Source: Alphaproteobacteria bacterium (GTDB lineage: Bacteria > Pseudomonadota > Alphaproteobacteria > Bin95). Taken from it: a stretch of DNA of 64,000 nt. The notes under the pieces were generated by a model. It did no database searches. It saw only the letters and a list, made by a program, of their open reading frames with translations, and was not told the DNA's origin. Shown in pieces: positions 1 to 9,939 of this stretch; within the stretch, counting starts at the first letter, position 1; the number at the start of each line of letters is the position of its first letter. The stretch spans positions 832,001 through 896,000 of the forward strand of contig CAXXWS020000003.1 in assembly GCA_963665325.3 (NCBI GenBank). The letters run 5' to 3'. A program made the translations under genes and the position numbers.

Positions 1-860
1 ATGCCCCGGAGTTCCGCCCGGTCGACATCGCGCTTCCCGGCGCGGGTCATCAGCGCGGCGCGCTGGGCGAGACGCTGGTTCTCCGCCGGGGTCCCCAGGC
101 CGCGGGCGTCCATGGCCGCCTCGATCTCGGCGCGCCGCGTCGAAAAGGCCTCCACGACCGCGCGGGACACCCCGGCGATCTCGAAACGGCCGTCGGCGTG
201 GGTCTTCTCGATGCCGTAGCCGAGCCGCGAGAGCCCGCGCGCCAGCTCGCTGCGGTAGAGCGCGCCGAGCAGCATCTTCGATTCGTAGAGCCTCTCGTTG
301 GCCATGGTCCGCCATTTGCCGTCCTCCCCCTTCACCATGTTGGCGAGAACCGCGTGGGTGTGGAGCTGGGGATCGAGATTGCGGGACGTGTCATGCCGGA
401 ACGTGGCGGCGATGATCTTCTGGTTGCCGGCGCGCACCATCCTGCCCGTGTCCGGATCCTTCATGCGGGTCTCGGCGGCGTTTCTCTCGACCCAGTCGAG
501 CGCCGCCTTCACCGCCCGGTCGTGGGCCTCGGCGATGCGGGCGTCGCCGCCGACCAGCGCGGCGAGGGATACCGATTTCGGGGCGGAGAAGGTGAGGTCG
601 CGGCCGGGACGGTGGGCGATCCCGCCGTCCGGGCCGCGTTTGCCCAGCTGCCGGCCGGTGCCGTCGGGCACCTTCCCTTCGAGCACGCCCCGGAACGCCT
701 CCGGATCGACCGGGCCCTTCAGCCCGAGGTCTTCCGCGCCCCTGCCGAACCAGGCGCTGGCGTCGCGATGCTCCGGGTCGTCCCTGGCATAGTAGCCATC
801 GCGCTCGTAGTAGCTCGCGCCCTGGGCGGCCGAGGCCAGCGCCCCGATCGAGGCCACCAT
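1..860 (-). CDS. traI: MOBF (TrwC/TraI-like) conjugative relaxase, N-terminal part, runs off window
   Basis: Minus strand from ATG at 860 reads MVASIGALASAAQGASYYERDGYYARDD..., then RPGRDLTFSAPKS and the HUH motif HDTSRNLDPQLHTHAV. Not in the ORF track because it is truncated by the window edge. Confidence 0.9.
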   Translation of the reverse strand, partial: MVASIGALASAAQGASYYERDGYYARDDPEHRDASAWFGRGAEDLGLKGPVDPEAFRGVLEGKVPDGTGRQLGKRGPDGGIAHRPGRDLTFSAPKSVSLAALVGGDARIAEAHDRAVKAALDWVERNAAETRMKDPDTGRMVRAGNQKIIAATFRHDTSRNLDPQLHTHAVLANMVKGEDGKWRTMANERLYESKMLLGALYRSELARGLSRLGYGIEKTHADGRFEIAGVSRAVVEAFSTRRAEIEAAMDARGLGTPAENQRLAQRAALMTRAGKRDVDRAELRG

Positions 861-877
861 ACCGGACCTCCCCGGGG

Positions 878-2911
878 TCAGATCTCGACGGGGCCGGTCC
901 GGGCGGCCTCGACGGGCGTTCCGGAATCCGCGCCGCCGGCCGCCCGGCCGCCGTTCGCTTCGGGCGCCGGCACCGTTTCCGTTTCGGCGGTTTTCGGTTC
1001 CGGGGCCGCTGCCTCGACCGCGCCGTCCTCCGCGACGAGCGCTTCGAGAGGCAGGCAGCCCTGGAGCGGTTCGGGTTCGGCCCCGGACGCCGGTTCGGGC
1101 TTCGCGGATTCCGCCCCGACCGCCGGTCCGGCCGCTGCCCGGGCGCTCTTGCGCGGCGCGAACCGCTCGGCGGCCCTGGGCCGCGCGACATAGTCGAGCT
1201 CGATGCTCGCGGCCGGAAGCGGGCCGGGGAACTTGAGATAGCCGGTGAGGTTGGGCAGCTGCATGATCTCGGAGGCGAGCGCCAGCGGGCGCAGCTCGCG
1301 CTTCGGCGTCAGCGAGACGCCGTCGCGGATGGTGTTGGCGCCGTAGGAGAAGCCCTCCGCGACCTCCTCGATCTCGGCCCGGCCGAGGCTCTCGGCGGAC
1401 CATGCGGCGGTGTCCTTGTCGGGCGCCGCGAGCACCACGCGGGTGCCGCAGAGCCCGGAGATGGTCTCGGCGCCGTTGCGGCCGTAGAGGTCGCGCAGCG
1501 ACGAGATCACCTGGATGCCGAGCACGAAGCAGCCGCCGAACTGGCGCGACTCGGCGAGGCCCGGCTGGAGCGACGGCACCTGGTGCAGGGTCGGCAGCTC
1601 GTCGAGCACGATCCAGACGCGCCGCCCGTCCTGCTGGTCGAGCGACAGCAGGGCGTTGACCGCGATCTCGATCCAGGTCGAGATCAGGCCCCTGAGGCTG
1701 GCGTGCTGGTCGCCGCGCGAGGTCAGGAACAGGAAGCTGCCGCCGTCCCCGGCGGCACCGGGGCGGCCGTCCTCCCGGGCGATCCAGTCGCGGATCGAGA
1801 ACGGCCCGCCGGTGTCCGGGAGGGTTTCGAGGGCGCCTATGTTGGCGGTCAGCATGGCGCGCACGCTGAGCGCGGTCTTCGGGTTCTCCGGGTCGACGAT
1901 CGACTGCGCGACGGTGCCCTCCATGGCCTCGGCGAGCGCGGTCAGGTCGGTCTTGAGCAGATGGTCGACCAGCACCCTGTTGTCGGTGACGCCGCGCTCC
2001 CGGAGCACGGCGGCGCCGTTGGCGAACAGCTGCCGCGCGGCGGTGACCCAGAACGGGTCCACCGTGTCCTTCTGCTGCGGGATCAGCGCCGCGGCCATGG
2101 TGTCGAAGTCGCGGGGATTGCGCGCCTCGAAGAACGGCGACCAGCGGGGGCTGCGGGCGTCGAGCGGGTTGAGCAGCACGTCGCGATCCGGATCGAAGAA
2201 CGAGCGGGTGTAGCTGCCCATCTTGTCGTAGATCACGCAGCGCTCGCCGCGGGCCCGGATCTGCGCCACCAAGTCCGAGATCAGCACGGTCTTGCCCGAG
2301 CCGGTGGTGCCCGAGACGATCGTGTGCTGGGTCTCGGCGCGCGCCGGATACGGCACCCCGGCGATGCGGCAGGACGCGAGCCGGGGCGACAGCGACAGCG
2401 CCGCCAGCAGCCGCGCATGGGGCGGCTCGACCCGGCGGCGCAGCTCCCGCGCCGTGACCAGCTCGGCGCCGCGCAGCCGATGCTTCCGGTTGAGCTGGAG
2501 GCCCCGGTACCAGAACAGCGCCAGGAACGCGGCGATCACGCCGGCGCCGATTTTGACGCCGAGCCACGCGCCGGCGAAGACCTCGCGCTTCAGCCGCTCG
2601 CGCACCGCCAGCGCCGGGCGCGAGGCGGCGATGTCGCGGATCGCCAGCACCGCGAGCGTGCCGTCCCGGCGGCGGACCTCCTGGCCCGAGTCCGGGCTGT
2701 AGCCCAGCGCGAGCTTGGCCTCTGCGAGCGTCACCATGCCGGCGGCGTACCATTCCGCGCCCGAGCCGTGGCGCCAGGCGTTCCAGGCCGGCACCGCGAC
2801 CACCAGCAGGGCTGCGGTCATCAGCGCCGCCTTGAACAGCTGGCTCCACATGCGCACCGCGTGAAAGAGCGTCTGGCCGCCCCGGAGCGTGCTGCTTCCC
2901 ATGCTTCTCAT
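878..2911 (-). CDS. traD: Type IV coupling protein TraD
   Basis: N-terminal TM segments, Walker A GTTGSGKT, LDELPTL Walker B; GGAGG RBS before ATG 2911; directly upstream of the relaxase. Confidence 0.9.
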   Translation of the reverse strand: MRSMGSSTLRGGQTLFHAVRMWSQLFKAALMTAALLVVAVPAWNAWRHGSGAEWYAAGMVTLAEAKLALGYSPDSGQEVRRRDGTLAVLAIRDIAASRPALAVRERLKREVFAGAWLGVKIGAGVIAAFLALFWYRGLQLNRKHRLRGAELVTARELRRRVEPPHARLLAALSLSPRLASCRIAGVPYPARAETQHTIVSGTTGSGKTVLISDLVAQIRARGERCVIYDKMGSYTRSFFDPDRDVLLNPLDARSPRWSPFFEARNPRDFDTMAAALIPQQKDTVDPFWVTAARQLFANGAAVLRERGVTDNRVLVDHLLKTDLTALAEAMEGTVAQSIVDPENPKTALSVRAMLTANIGALETLPDTGGPFSIRDWIAREDGRPGAAGDGGSFLFLTSRGDQHASLRGLISTWIEIAVNALLSLDQQDGRRVWIVLDELPTLHQVPSLQPGLAESRQFGGCFVLGIQVISSLRDLYGRNGAETISGLCGTRVVLAAPDKDTAAWSAESLGRAEIEEVAEGFSYGANTIRDGVSLTPKRELRPLALASEIMQLPNLTGYLKFPGPLPAASIELDYVARPRAAERFAPRKSARAAAGPAVGAESAKPEPASGAEPEPLQGCLPLEALVAEDGAVEAAAPEPKTAETETVPAPEANGGRAAGGADSGTPVEAARTGPVEI

Positions 2912-3109
2912 GCCGATGTCCTCCATGGCGGTTTCGAATGCGGGTCCGCCGGGTCCGGCGCGGCGAAGGCGCGCCCCCGGGGCGTTCTCCCGCCGGAGCG
3001 CCGCGCGGAGGCGGAGTCCGGCGGGGGCCGGGGCGAAGCGGACCGGGCCGGAGAAAGGCGCCGACGGCGGCGTCCGGCCGCCCGGCCTGCAGGACAGGAG
3101 GCCGCGGCC

Positions 3110-3508
3110 ATGACACGAACGGGATGCAGCGCAGGCGGCGGCCGGGCAGCGCGGCGCGGCAACGGGGGAGGGCGCCCCGATCCGGCAGGACACTCTCCCG
3201 CGAGCATCGAACGCGCCGTCGTGCTGGCGGGGTTCGCGCCCGCGATCCTCTGCACCCTCGTGCGGCTTGTCTTCGGCGCCGGCGGCGAGCTTGCCGCCGG
3301 ACTCTGGATCTCCGCGGCGCTCTGGGCCGCGCTCGCCTCCGCCGTGCTCGCGCTCCGGCGCGGCCTCCGCCATCGCGACTGGAGCGCGTTCGCCCGCTAC
3401 CGGCTGCCGGACGGGCGCGGCGAGCGCATCGACTTCGTCTCGCAGACCGGCCAGTACGCCTGGATGCGCATCGCCGAGGAGCACGAGCGCCTGATGCGCC
3501 GCGACTAG
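3110..3508 (+). CDS. Small two-TM membrane protein, candidate entry-exclusion protein
   Basis: AGGAG RBS, 132 aa with two hydrophobic segments, convergent with traG. Confidence 0.55.
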   Translation: MTRTGCSAGGGRAARRGNGGGRPDPAGHSPASIERAVVLAGFAPAILCTLVRLVFGAGGELAAGLWISAALWAALASAVLALRRGLRHRDWSAFARYRLPDGRGERIDFVSQTGQYAWMRIAEEHERLMRRD

Positions 3509-3516
3509 GGGCTCCG

Positions 3517-6429
3517 TCACGGCGAGCTGTCGCCCCAGCCCCGCTCGTCGGCCGGCCGGCCCGTGTCTGCCTTCGGGGCGCCGTCCGGCGCGGCGTTCCG
3601 GGCCGAGCCGTAGAGCTTGCCGGCGAGCCAGTCGCCGATCACCGGCACGTCCTTCGCCGCATGCTCGCCGAACGGCCTGTTCACCTCGACGGCGGTCCCG
3701 GCGCGGCCTTCGGCGGCCTCCTGCTTCGTCACCGTTTCCCGCGCGCCGCGCGCGGCGCCGCGCATGACGAGATCGGTCTCGGTTTCCACGCGCTCGTCCC
3801 GCGCCCGAGCGCCGGTCTCGCCCGGCTCCGGCGCGCCGGCCGCGCGCGCACGGTCGCGCACGCCTTCCGCCCAGCCGGCATGGGCGGCCCCGGTCTCGCG
3901 CGCATAGGCGTCGCCCAGCCGGTTCCGGGCAGCGTCGTATTCGGGCTGGCCGCCGACGGACGCCGGGTCGGGACGGGCCGGCTCGGGAAAGCGTTCGGCG
4001 ACGAAGGCGGCGGCATGGTCCCGCAGCTGCTCCGCATCCTCCGCCGTCTGGGGCGAGGCGATGCGCATGGCCCCGGCGGCGCCGATCGGCCGGCCGTCGG
4101 CGCCCTCGCGCTCGGAGAGCCAGGCGAAGAAGGGCTGGCCGAGTTCGCGTTCGATCGCCTGGGCGTCGCTGCGCACCCGCGCCGCCTGGTCGGACCAGCT
4201 CTCGGACTCCTGCCGCGCGAGCGAGGCCCGTTCGCCGTAGCTGCGCATCCGCGTCAGGTTGGCGCCGAGGCTCTCCTCCAGGCTCGCCAGCTCGCTGTCG
4301 CCGGTCTGGGTCGAGTAGCGCTTCGAGGCCTCCTCGACCCGGGACCACAGCCCGGTCACCCCGTGCTGGCGGTCGTATTCCCGGATCCGGTTCCAGGCGT
4401 CCTGCTCGATGGTCTGGCCGCGCCACATGGCGGAGCCGTCGGCGCCGACCCTGACGATGAAATCCCATCCGCCCCCGATCCTGGCCTCCCCGGTGAGCGC
4501 CGCGGCCTGGTTCTTGCTGATCCCGCCGATCTCGGAGAGTTTCTCGATATGCGAATCGAGTTCCTGCGCCTGCCGGCTCTCGCTCTCGGTCGCGCCGCGC
4601 GCATGGGCCTCGCCGGTGCTGACGTCATGGGAGTAGCGCTGCACCAGGGCGGTGGCGTCGGTCGCCGCGGCGGTGCGCGCCGTGGCCGCCTCGGCGGACC
4701 AGTTCCGGGCCATGGACCGGGCCTGGCCCGCGCGCTCCTCGTGGGAGGCGGCGAGCGACTCCGACAGCCTGACCCCGGCCGCCGGAATCCGGCTGGTGGC
4801 GCTGCCGGCGTCCGCCACCGCGGTGCCGTCGCCGGTGACGGTGAATCCGGCGCCGGCCGGCGCATAGCCCGTGTAGCGGTCGGTGTCGACATGGGCCGAG
4901 GTGCGGACCTGGCGGCCTTCGAGGGTGGCGAAGCGGTGGGTGTCGGTCTGCGTGTTGGCCAGCGACAGGTTGCCGGTCGTGCCCTCATGCGCGGCCGAAC
5001 TCGCCGCGTCCTGGCCGACCGCGAGCACCGACGTGGCCAGGACCGTCGCCTTGGAGAGCCCGTAGGCCAGCGCGGCGGCCAGGAACGGCACCGACATCGA
5101 GAGATAGCCCGACATCACGGCGACGTCCGACGCCACCGCCCTGATGCCGGCCTGGGCGACCAGCGAGATGCCGATGTCGCCCCCCGGCATCGCCGCCGCC
5201 GCGCTCATCCGTTCGGCCGCCTCGCCCATCGAGATGCGGTGCAGCACGGCGTAGAGCGGGCCCCACGACTGGAGCCAGACCAGCCCCGTCACATAGGAGC
5301 GGAAGATCGCCGTCCCCGCCGGCGTCAGCATCAGCAGCACCGCCATCGGGAAGGCGCCGACATAGAGGCACTCGAAGACGATCCGGAGCAGCGGCACCCA
5401 GGTCTCGGCCTGCCTGCCGATCGCCCGGTAGGCCGAGACGGTCTGGGCTTCGGCCCTCGCTTCGGTATAGGCGCGCAGGGCGGCGGCGTTGCCGGCCTCC
5501 GCCGCCCATTGCTCGCCGGCGTCGTGGACGGCGTTCAGCACCATCTGCTGGCGCATGATCTCGCCCGCGTTGCGCGCGGCGCCGATCAGGAAGTCGTGGG
5601 CGGCCGGCAGCGCCGCCAGCAGCTCGGCGCGGGCCAGCGCCTCGGTGCGCGCGTCCGGGAAAATGCGCCGCCCGAAGATCGTGCCCGCGCGCTGGATCTC
5701 CGCATTCCACTGCCCGCCCAGCCGCGCCGCGCCGTCGCGGCAGGTGACGATGGTGCGGTCGACGGTCGTGGCGCCGCCGGCGCCGGGCGCGCCGCGCGCG
5801 GCGAACTCGAACATGCGCGCGGGCGAGGCCCCGGCCGACGGCGAGCCCGCGGCCGTCACCAGGCGCCAGACGTCGGTCGACTCCCGGAGGTCGTCGGCGG
5901 TGATGTGGCCGAGCAGCAGCGCGTGGAACACGCATTGCCGGGCATAGTTCCGGAGATTGCGCGCGAACACCGCGTCGGTCACTTCCAGCCGGGTCGCCGC
6001 CGCCGCGAGCCGGGCCCCGAAGATCAGCCCGTGGCGCTGGTAGGCGAGGTCGTTCGGCAGGGTGAAGGCCTGTTCTGTGAGCCGCGTCAGCCCGTCGCCC
6101 ACCTGGGAGGTCAGCGAGGCGAACAGCGCGAGGCCGATCGGCACGTTGGCGACCACGGCCGGCGCCAGCGCCGGATCGAGCCGGTCGACCACCCGCACGG
6201 TCGCCTTCGGCACGATCATCGCGCCCCAGACGACGACGAACAGCAGCACCCACTTCGCGTTGTCCTTCCACGAGCCGCCGAAGGCGGTGCGGAACAGCAC
6301 CCAGCCGAGACCGGCGACGCCGGCGAGCTGGGCCAGCACCATGTAGGCCCCGCCCGAGGTAATCGCGGCGACCGCGTTCAGGAGATCGACAAGATAGGTC
6401 CCGCCGCCGAGGGTGAAGAACTCGTACAT
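3517..6429 (-). CDS. traG: Conjugal mating-pair stabilization protein TraG
   Basis: 970 aa; MYEFFTLGGG..LLNAVAA start, multiple TMs, WLQSWGPLYAVL motif, Ser/Ala-rich C-terminal region; follows traH. Confidence 0.9.
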   Translation of the reverse strand: MYEFFTLGGGTYLVDLLNAVAAITSGGAYMVLAQLAGVAGLGWVLFRTAFGGSWKDNAKWVLLFVVVWGAMIVPKATVRVVDRLDPALAPAVVANVPIGLALFASLTSQVGDGLTRLTEQAFTLPNDLAYQRHGLIFGARLAAAATRLEVTDAVFARNLRNYARQCVFHALLLGHITADDLRESTDVWRLVTAAGSPSAGASPARMFEFAARGAPGAGGATTVDRTIVTCRDGAARLGGQWNAEIQRAGTIFGRRIFPDARTEALARAELLAALPAAHDFLIGAARNAGEIMRQQMVLNAVHDAGEQWAAEAGNAAALRAYTEARAEAQTVSAYRAIGRQAETWVPLLRIVFECLYVGAFPMAVLLMLTPAGTAIFRSYVTGLVWLQSWGPLYAVLHRISMGEAAERMSAAAAMPGGDIGISLVAQAGIRAVASDVAVMSGYLSMSVPFLAAALAYGLSKATVLATSVLAVGQDAASSAAHEGTTGNLSLANTQTDTHRFATLEGRQVRTSAHVDTDRYTGYAPAGAGFTVTGDGTAVADAGSATSRIPAAGVRLSESLAASHEERAGQARSMARNWSAEAATARTAAATDATALVQRYSHDVSTGEAHARGATESESRQAQELDSHIEKLSEIGGISKNQAAALTGEARIGGGWDFIVRVGADGSAMWRGQTIEQDAWNRIREYDRQHGVTGLWSRVEEASKRYSTQTGDSELASLEESLGANLTRMRSYGERASLARQESESWSDQAARVRSDAQAIERELGQPFFAWLSEREGADGRPIGAAGAMRIASPQTAEDAEQLRDHAAAFVAERFPEPARPDPASVGGQPEYDAARNRLGDAYARETGAAHAGWAEGVRDRARAAGAPEPGETGARARDERVETETDLVMRGAARGARETVTKQEAAEGRAGTAVEVNRPFGEHAAKDVPVIGDWLAGKLYGSARNAAPDGAPKADTGRPADERGWGDSSP

Positions 6430-6441
6430 TATATATGGGGC

Positions 6442-7956
6442 CTACCGGGATCCGGCCCCGGCGCCGCCGCGCGCGAACGCCAGAGCGGCCCGCAGATCGG
6501 CGCTGAGCGCGCCAGCCAGCTCGGTCTCGATCAGCCGGAGCTTCTCGACCACCGCGAGCGCGGTGTTGAGCCGCTGGAGGCCCTGGTGGCGGTGCCGCGC
6601 CAGCGCGACGCGGTTGGACCGGAGCCCCTCGCGCCAGCGCCGGAGCTGTTCCCCGTCGGCGATGTCGAGCGTGCCGGCGCGCTCCTCGACCGTGCGGTGC
6701 AGGTCGGTGATCCAGACCTGCATGACGTCGAGCGCCACGGCCTCGGCGAGCGCGTCCATCTCCTGGTCGATCACCGCGCCGCGATAGGCCGCCGCCGTGT
6801 TGGCGACCCGGTAGACCGGCAGCGTGGTGAGGTTGACCAGCCCCAGCGCCGCGGCGGGCGGCGCGGTGTCCGTCCTGACCGCGTCGACCAGGTCGCGCAG
6901 CAGTTCGGCGACGCGCGCCCGGAAGCCGCGATTGGCGGGGACGGTCACCGTGCCGAGGGTGGGGTTGAGGCAGGCGGCTGTGGTGTCGCAGCGGTAGACC
7001 GGGAGCGCCCCGCCGCCCTCCATCAGCGTCTCGGTCACGCGCCGGTCGAGCGCGAGCGGCTCCAGGATGCGCACGCGGGGTCCCGAGGCGTCCGCATCGG
7101 AGGTCGGCGCGGTCACGATCAGGGTGCCGGTGACCGCCATGGCGAACTCGGCGAGCTGGGTGTCGCCCGCGAGGAACGCCGACGCCCGGATCGCCTTCCA
7201 GGCGTAGTTGACGTTGACCGGCACCTGGTCGGCCATCGCCCCGGAGGCCGACGCCAGGGTCGAGTTCCGCTTGCCGTCCGCGCCGCAGCCGTGCTTGGCG
7301 GCGGCATAGTCCGAGAAGATGCCCTGCGAGGTGCCGATCGCCGCGCAGATCGACGCGCTCGCCCGGTCGTTCTTCGACCAGGCGGCGCCGACCAGCGCCT
7401 GCGCGGTCTCGCAGCTGTTCAGGTTCTGGCTGTTGACCCACTGCGCCAATGCCCGGAGCTTGGCCATGGTCTCGGCGATCACCGGCGAAATGGTCTCCAG
7501 CGCGAGCTCGAAGGCGAAGCCGGCGGCGTTCTGGGCGACCGCGCGCCCAAAGGCGATGAGCTGGTCCGAGTTGATGAACGAGAACGCCCCGGCAAAGGCG
7601 TCGATGCCGCCGCAGCCGGCCCGGAAGCTCGGCAGGTTGACGGTGGCGATCTGCTCCGAGCGCACCGGGGCGCGGAGGTAGAGGTTGCCGAGCGTCCAGT
7701 GCCCGGAGGCCTGGCCCTGGAACGCCGTCGGCCCCGTCGTGTTGACCGCCGCGCCGCGCCAGAAGTTCGTCATTTCCGACAGCACGTCGGCGCGCGCCGG
7801 AGCGGCCGCAAGAAGGACGGCGGCGAGCAGGCCGGCCGATGCGGCGGCCCAGGGGATAGCCCACCGGAACCGCTGTTGTATACCGGACGGCCGCCATCGA
7901 CACGTCGAGCATACGGTATACAAACGGAACTGTATTCGGGATTCCCTAATAGTCAT
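6442..7956 (-). CDS. traH: F-type pilus assembly protein TraH (start uncertain)
   Basis: LPSFRAGCGGIDAFAGAFSFIN and NSCETAQALV motifs; signal peptide. Confidence 0.9.
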   Translation of the reverse strand: MTIRESRIQFRLYTVCSTCRWRPSGIQQRFRWAIPWAAASAGLLAAVLLAAAPARADVLSEMTNFWRGAAVNTTGPTAFQGQASGHWTLGNLYLRAPVRSEQIATVNLPSFRAGCGGIDAFAGAFSFINSDQLIAFGRAVAQNAAGFAFELALETISPVIAETMAKLRALAQWVNSQNLNSCETAQALVGAAWSKNDRASASICAAIGTSQGIFSDYAAAKHGCGADGKRNSTLASASGAMADQVPVNVNYAWKAIRASAFLAGDTQLAEFAMAVTGTLIVTAPTSDADASGPRVRILEPLALDRRVTETLMEGGGALPVYRCDTTAACLNPTLGTVTVPANRGFRARVAELLRDLVDAVRTDTAPPAAALGLVNLTTLPVYRVANTAAAYRGAVIDQEMDALAEAVALDVMQVWITDLHRTVEERAGTLDIADGEQLRRWREGLRSNRVALARHRHQGLQRLNTALAVVEKLRLIETELAGALSADLRAALAFARGGAGAGSR

Positions 7957-8791
7957 GGCCGGGCTCCAGGGCGGTGAGCGTGAATATCCGGTCCGCCAGC
8001 TGGTCCTCGGCCATGACGCCGAAGCCGACCGGCAGCACCTGTTTCGTCTTCGTGTCGAACAGCACGACGGCGGGCACCGGGGCGCCGGCGAGGCCGAGCT
8101 TCGCGGCGCGCCCGTTGTCGGGGACGGCCTCGGGCCAGCCCTCCAGCGCCTCGCCGCTGAGCGACACCGCCAGCACGTCGAGCCCGTGGCGCATGGCGAA
8201 GGCGCGCAGCAGCGGGCCGAACACCTTGCATCCGGCGCAGCCGGCGTGGCCGAGATAGATCAACCCGTAACGCTCCCCGAGCTTCGCCAGCGCGCCGGCC
8301 ACCGCCTTCCGCCGCCCGTCGGACCAGAGGCGCTTGGCGAGCGCGCCGACCGGGCGCTTCAGCGTGTAGTCCACCTCCGGCGTCGCCCACACCGTGCGCC
8401 GGAAGGCGTCGGAGAAGGCGGCTGCGCGCTGGAGCGTCTCCTGCTGAAGCCGCAGGTAGGCGGTCACGTTCGCGGTGGAGGGATCGAGGATCGCCGCCGC
8501 CCGCGTTTCCTCCAGGCGCTTCCGCATCTCTTCGATGAGGTCCGTCGCGGGCCGTCCGTCCGGAACGGTCGGCGCGGGCGCCGTTTCCGTTGGCTCCGGC
8601 TCGTCCTCGCGGTCGCAATAGAAATGCCAACCGAGGGAGGAACCCGATCCGGGGGCCTGCCCCGCGCTCGACCCGGGGTTGCCGCACCAGGAGCGCCACT
8701 CCGCTGCGCTCGACGAGGCGGTAGAGAGCAGCAGCGTCAGGCCCGCCCAGACGCCCATCGCCGCAACGGCGTATTTCGCGGCGCGGCCCAT
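7946..8791 (-). CDS. traF: F-type TraF (thioredoxin-like) pilus assembly protein
   Basis: GWHFYCD motif, AILDPSTANVTAY, CAGC thioredoxin-like motif, VLAVSLSG. Confidence 0.88.
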   Translation of the reverse strand: MGRAAKYAVAAMGVWAGLTLLLSTASSSAAEWRSWCGNPGSSAGQAPGSGSSLGWHFYCDREDEPEPTETAPAPTVPDGRPATDLIEEMRKRLEETRAAAILDPSTANVTAYLRLQQETLQRAAAFSDAFRRTVWATPEVDYTLKRPVGALAKRLWSDGRRKAVAGALAKLGERYGLIYLGHAGCAGCKVFGPLLRAFAMRHGLDVLAVSLSGEALEGWPEAVPDNGRAAKLGLAGAPVPAVVLFDTKTKQVLPVGFGVMAEDQLADRIFTLTALEPGHDY

Positions 8792-9939
8792 TACCGGCCC
8801 CGCCTGTAGAAGTCGCGGATGCGCCCGCGCATCGCGGCCCTTGTGTCGCCGCCGTCGGGCAGCGACACCGACGGCTCCATAGACCCGTCCATCAGGTTCT
8901 CGGTGAACTCCGAGAGGTCGAGCCGGTCGAAGTCGATCCGCTCGACCTCCGCCACCGTCAGCCCCCGGCAGCTGCCCCAGCCGATGCCGAGCTGGGTGCG
9001 CCCCTGCTGCTGCAGGATGCGCCCGAGCTTCGAGCCGAACACGCACCAGGCCCGCGCCCGGCGGATGCAGACGCCGAACAGGGTGCGCTTCGCGCAGTAG
9101 GCGCCGAGATAGTGGGTGTTGCCGCCGCGGCGCTCCTTCGCCAGCTCGATCTCGTCCCGGCTGCACCCGGCCATCCCGACCAGTGCGCCGGAGTTCTTGC
9201 AGCAGTTGGCGAGCCCGAACAGGCGGATCGTGCAGGCCCGGCGCTGGCCGGTGAAGAAGCGCATGGCGCCGCGGTCGAACTCGTCGCCGCCCAGCTCGAC
9301 CGCCATGTTGAGCCGGGAGGCGGCGTCGACGAACCCGGTGTTGGCCTCGGGCCGGACGGTCTCGCAGTCCGCTCCGACGCAGTACGTCACCCGCCCGCAG
9401 GATCCGCCGGCGTCGGCATCCGCGACCCGCGCTTTGCAGTCGTCGACGCCGCCCGAGGCGAGCCCGCCCGCGCCGTGGGCGGGCGCCTGCGGGTCGGCCG
9501 CGACGGTTTCGCCGCGCGCGATCTCCGGATCGCCCGCCGCGACCGGCCTGTCCGGCCGGGTCAGCGTCCCCTCGATCACCATGCGCCCGGCCTGGCCGCC
9601 GGGATCGCCGGGGTCGGCAAGCCGCGCTCGGGCGGCGTCTTCCATGCCGCCCGCCGTCACGCTGCGCTCGGGCACGTCCGTGCCGGCGTAACCCGGGACC
9701 GTGGCGGCGTTCGAGGCGTCCCTGGCGACCGCGCCGGCCGCCGCCGCGCCCGCATTGCCGATGGCGCGGGCCGCCGCTTTCGGGTCCCCTGCCCCGGACA
9801 ACGATCCGGGGTCCGCCTGCGCGGCTCCGCCGAGGACGATCCACAGCAGGAACCCGAACACGGCCGCGATGAGCGCCCAGGCGAGCAGACGGGTCGTCCG
9901 CGGCGCCCGCGTCCTCCGGAACACACGTCGCCCGGTCAT
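8791..9939 (-). CDS. traN: Mating-pair stabilization protein TraN (short form)
   Basis: Cys-rich C-terminus HYLGAYC...WCVFGSKLGRILQQQGR...CRGLT..E...IDFDRLDLSEF. Confidence 0.85.
   Translation of the reverse strand: MTGRRVFRRTRAPRTTRLLAWALIAAVFGFLLWIVLGGAAQADPGSLSGAGDPKAAARAIGNAGAAAAGAVARDASNAATVPGYAGTDVPERSVTAGGMEDAARARLADPGDPGGQAGRMVIEGTLTRPDRPVAAGDPEIARGETVAADPQAPAHGAGGLASGGVDDCKARVADADAGGSCGRVTYCVGADCETVRPEANTGFVDAASRLNMAVELGGDEFDRGAMRFFTGQRRACTIRLFGLANCCKNSGALVGMAGCSRDEIELAKERRGGNTHYLGAYCAKRTLFGVCIRRARAWCVFGSKLGRILQQQGRTQLGIGWGSCRGLTVAEVERIDFDRLDLSEFTENLMDGSMEPSVSLPDGGDTRAAMRGRIRDFYRRGR

Noticed and set aside
2938-7977. 1679-aa + strand ORF and similar long antisense ORFs (e.g. 14743-17637, 23278-25125)
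   Set aside because: Shadow ORFs of GC-rich genes on the opposite strand; no motifs
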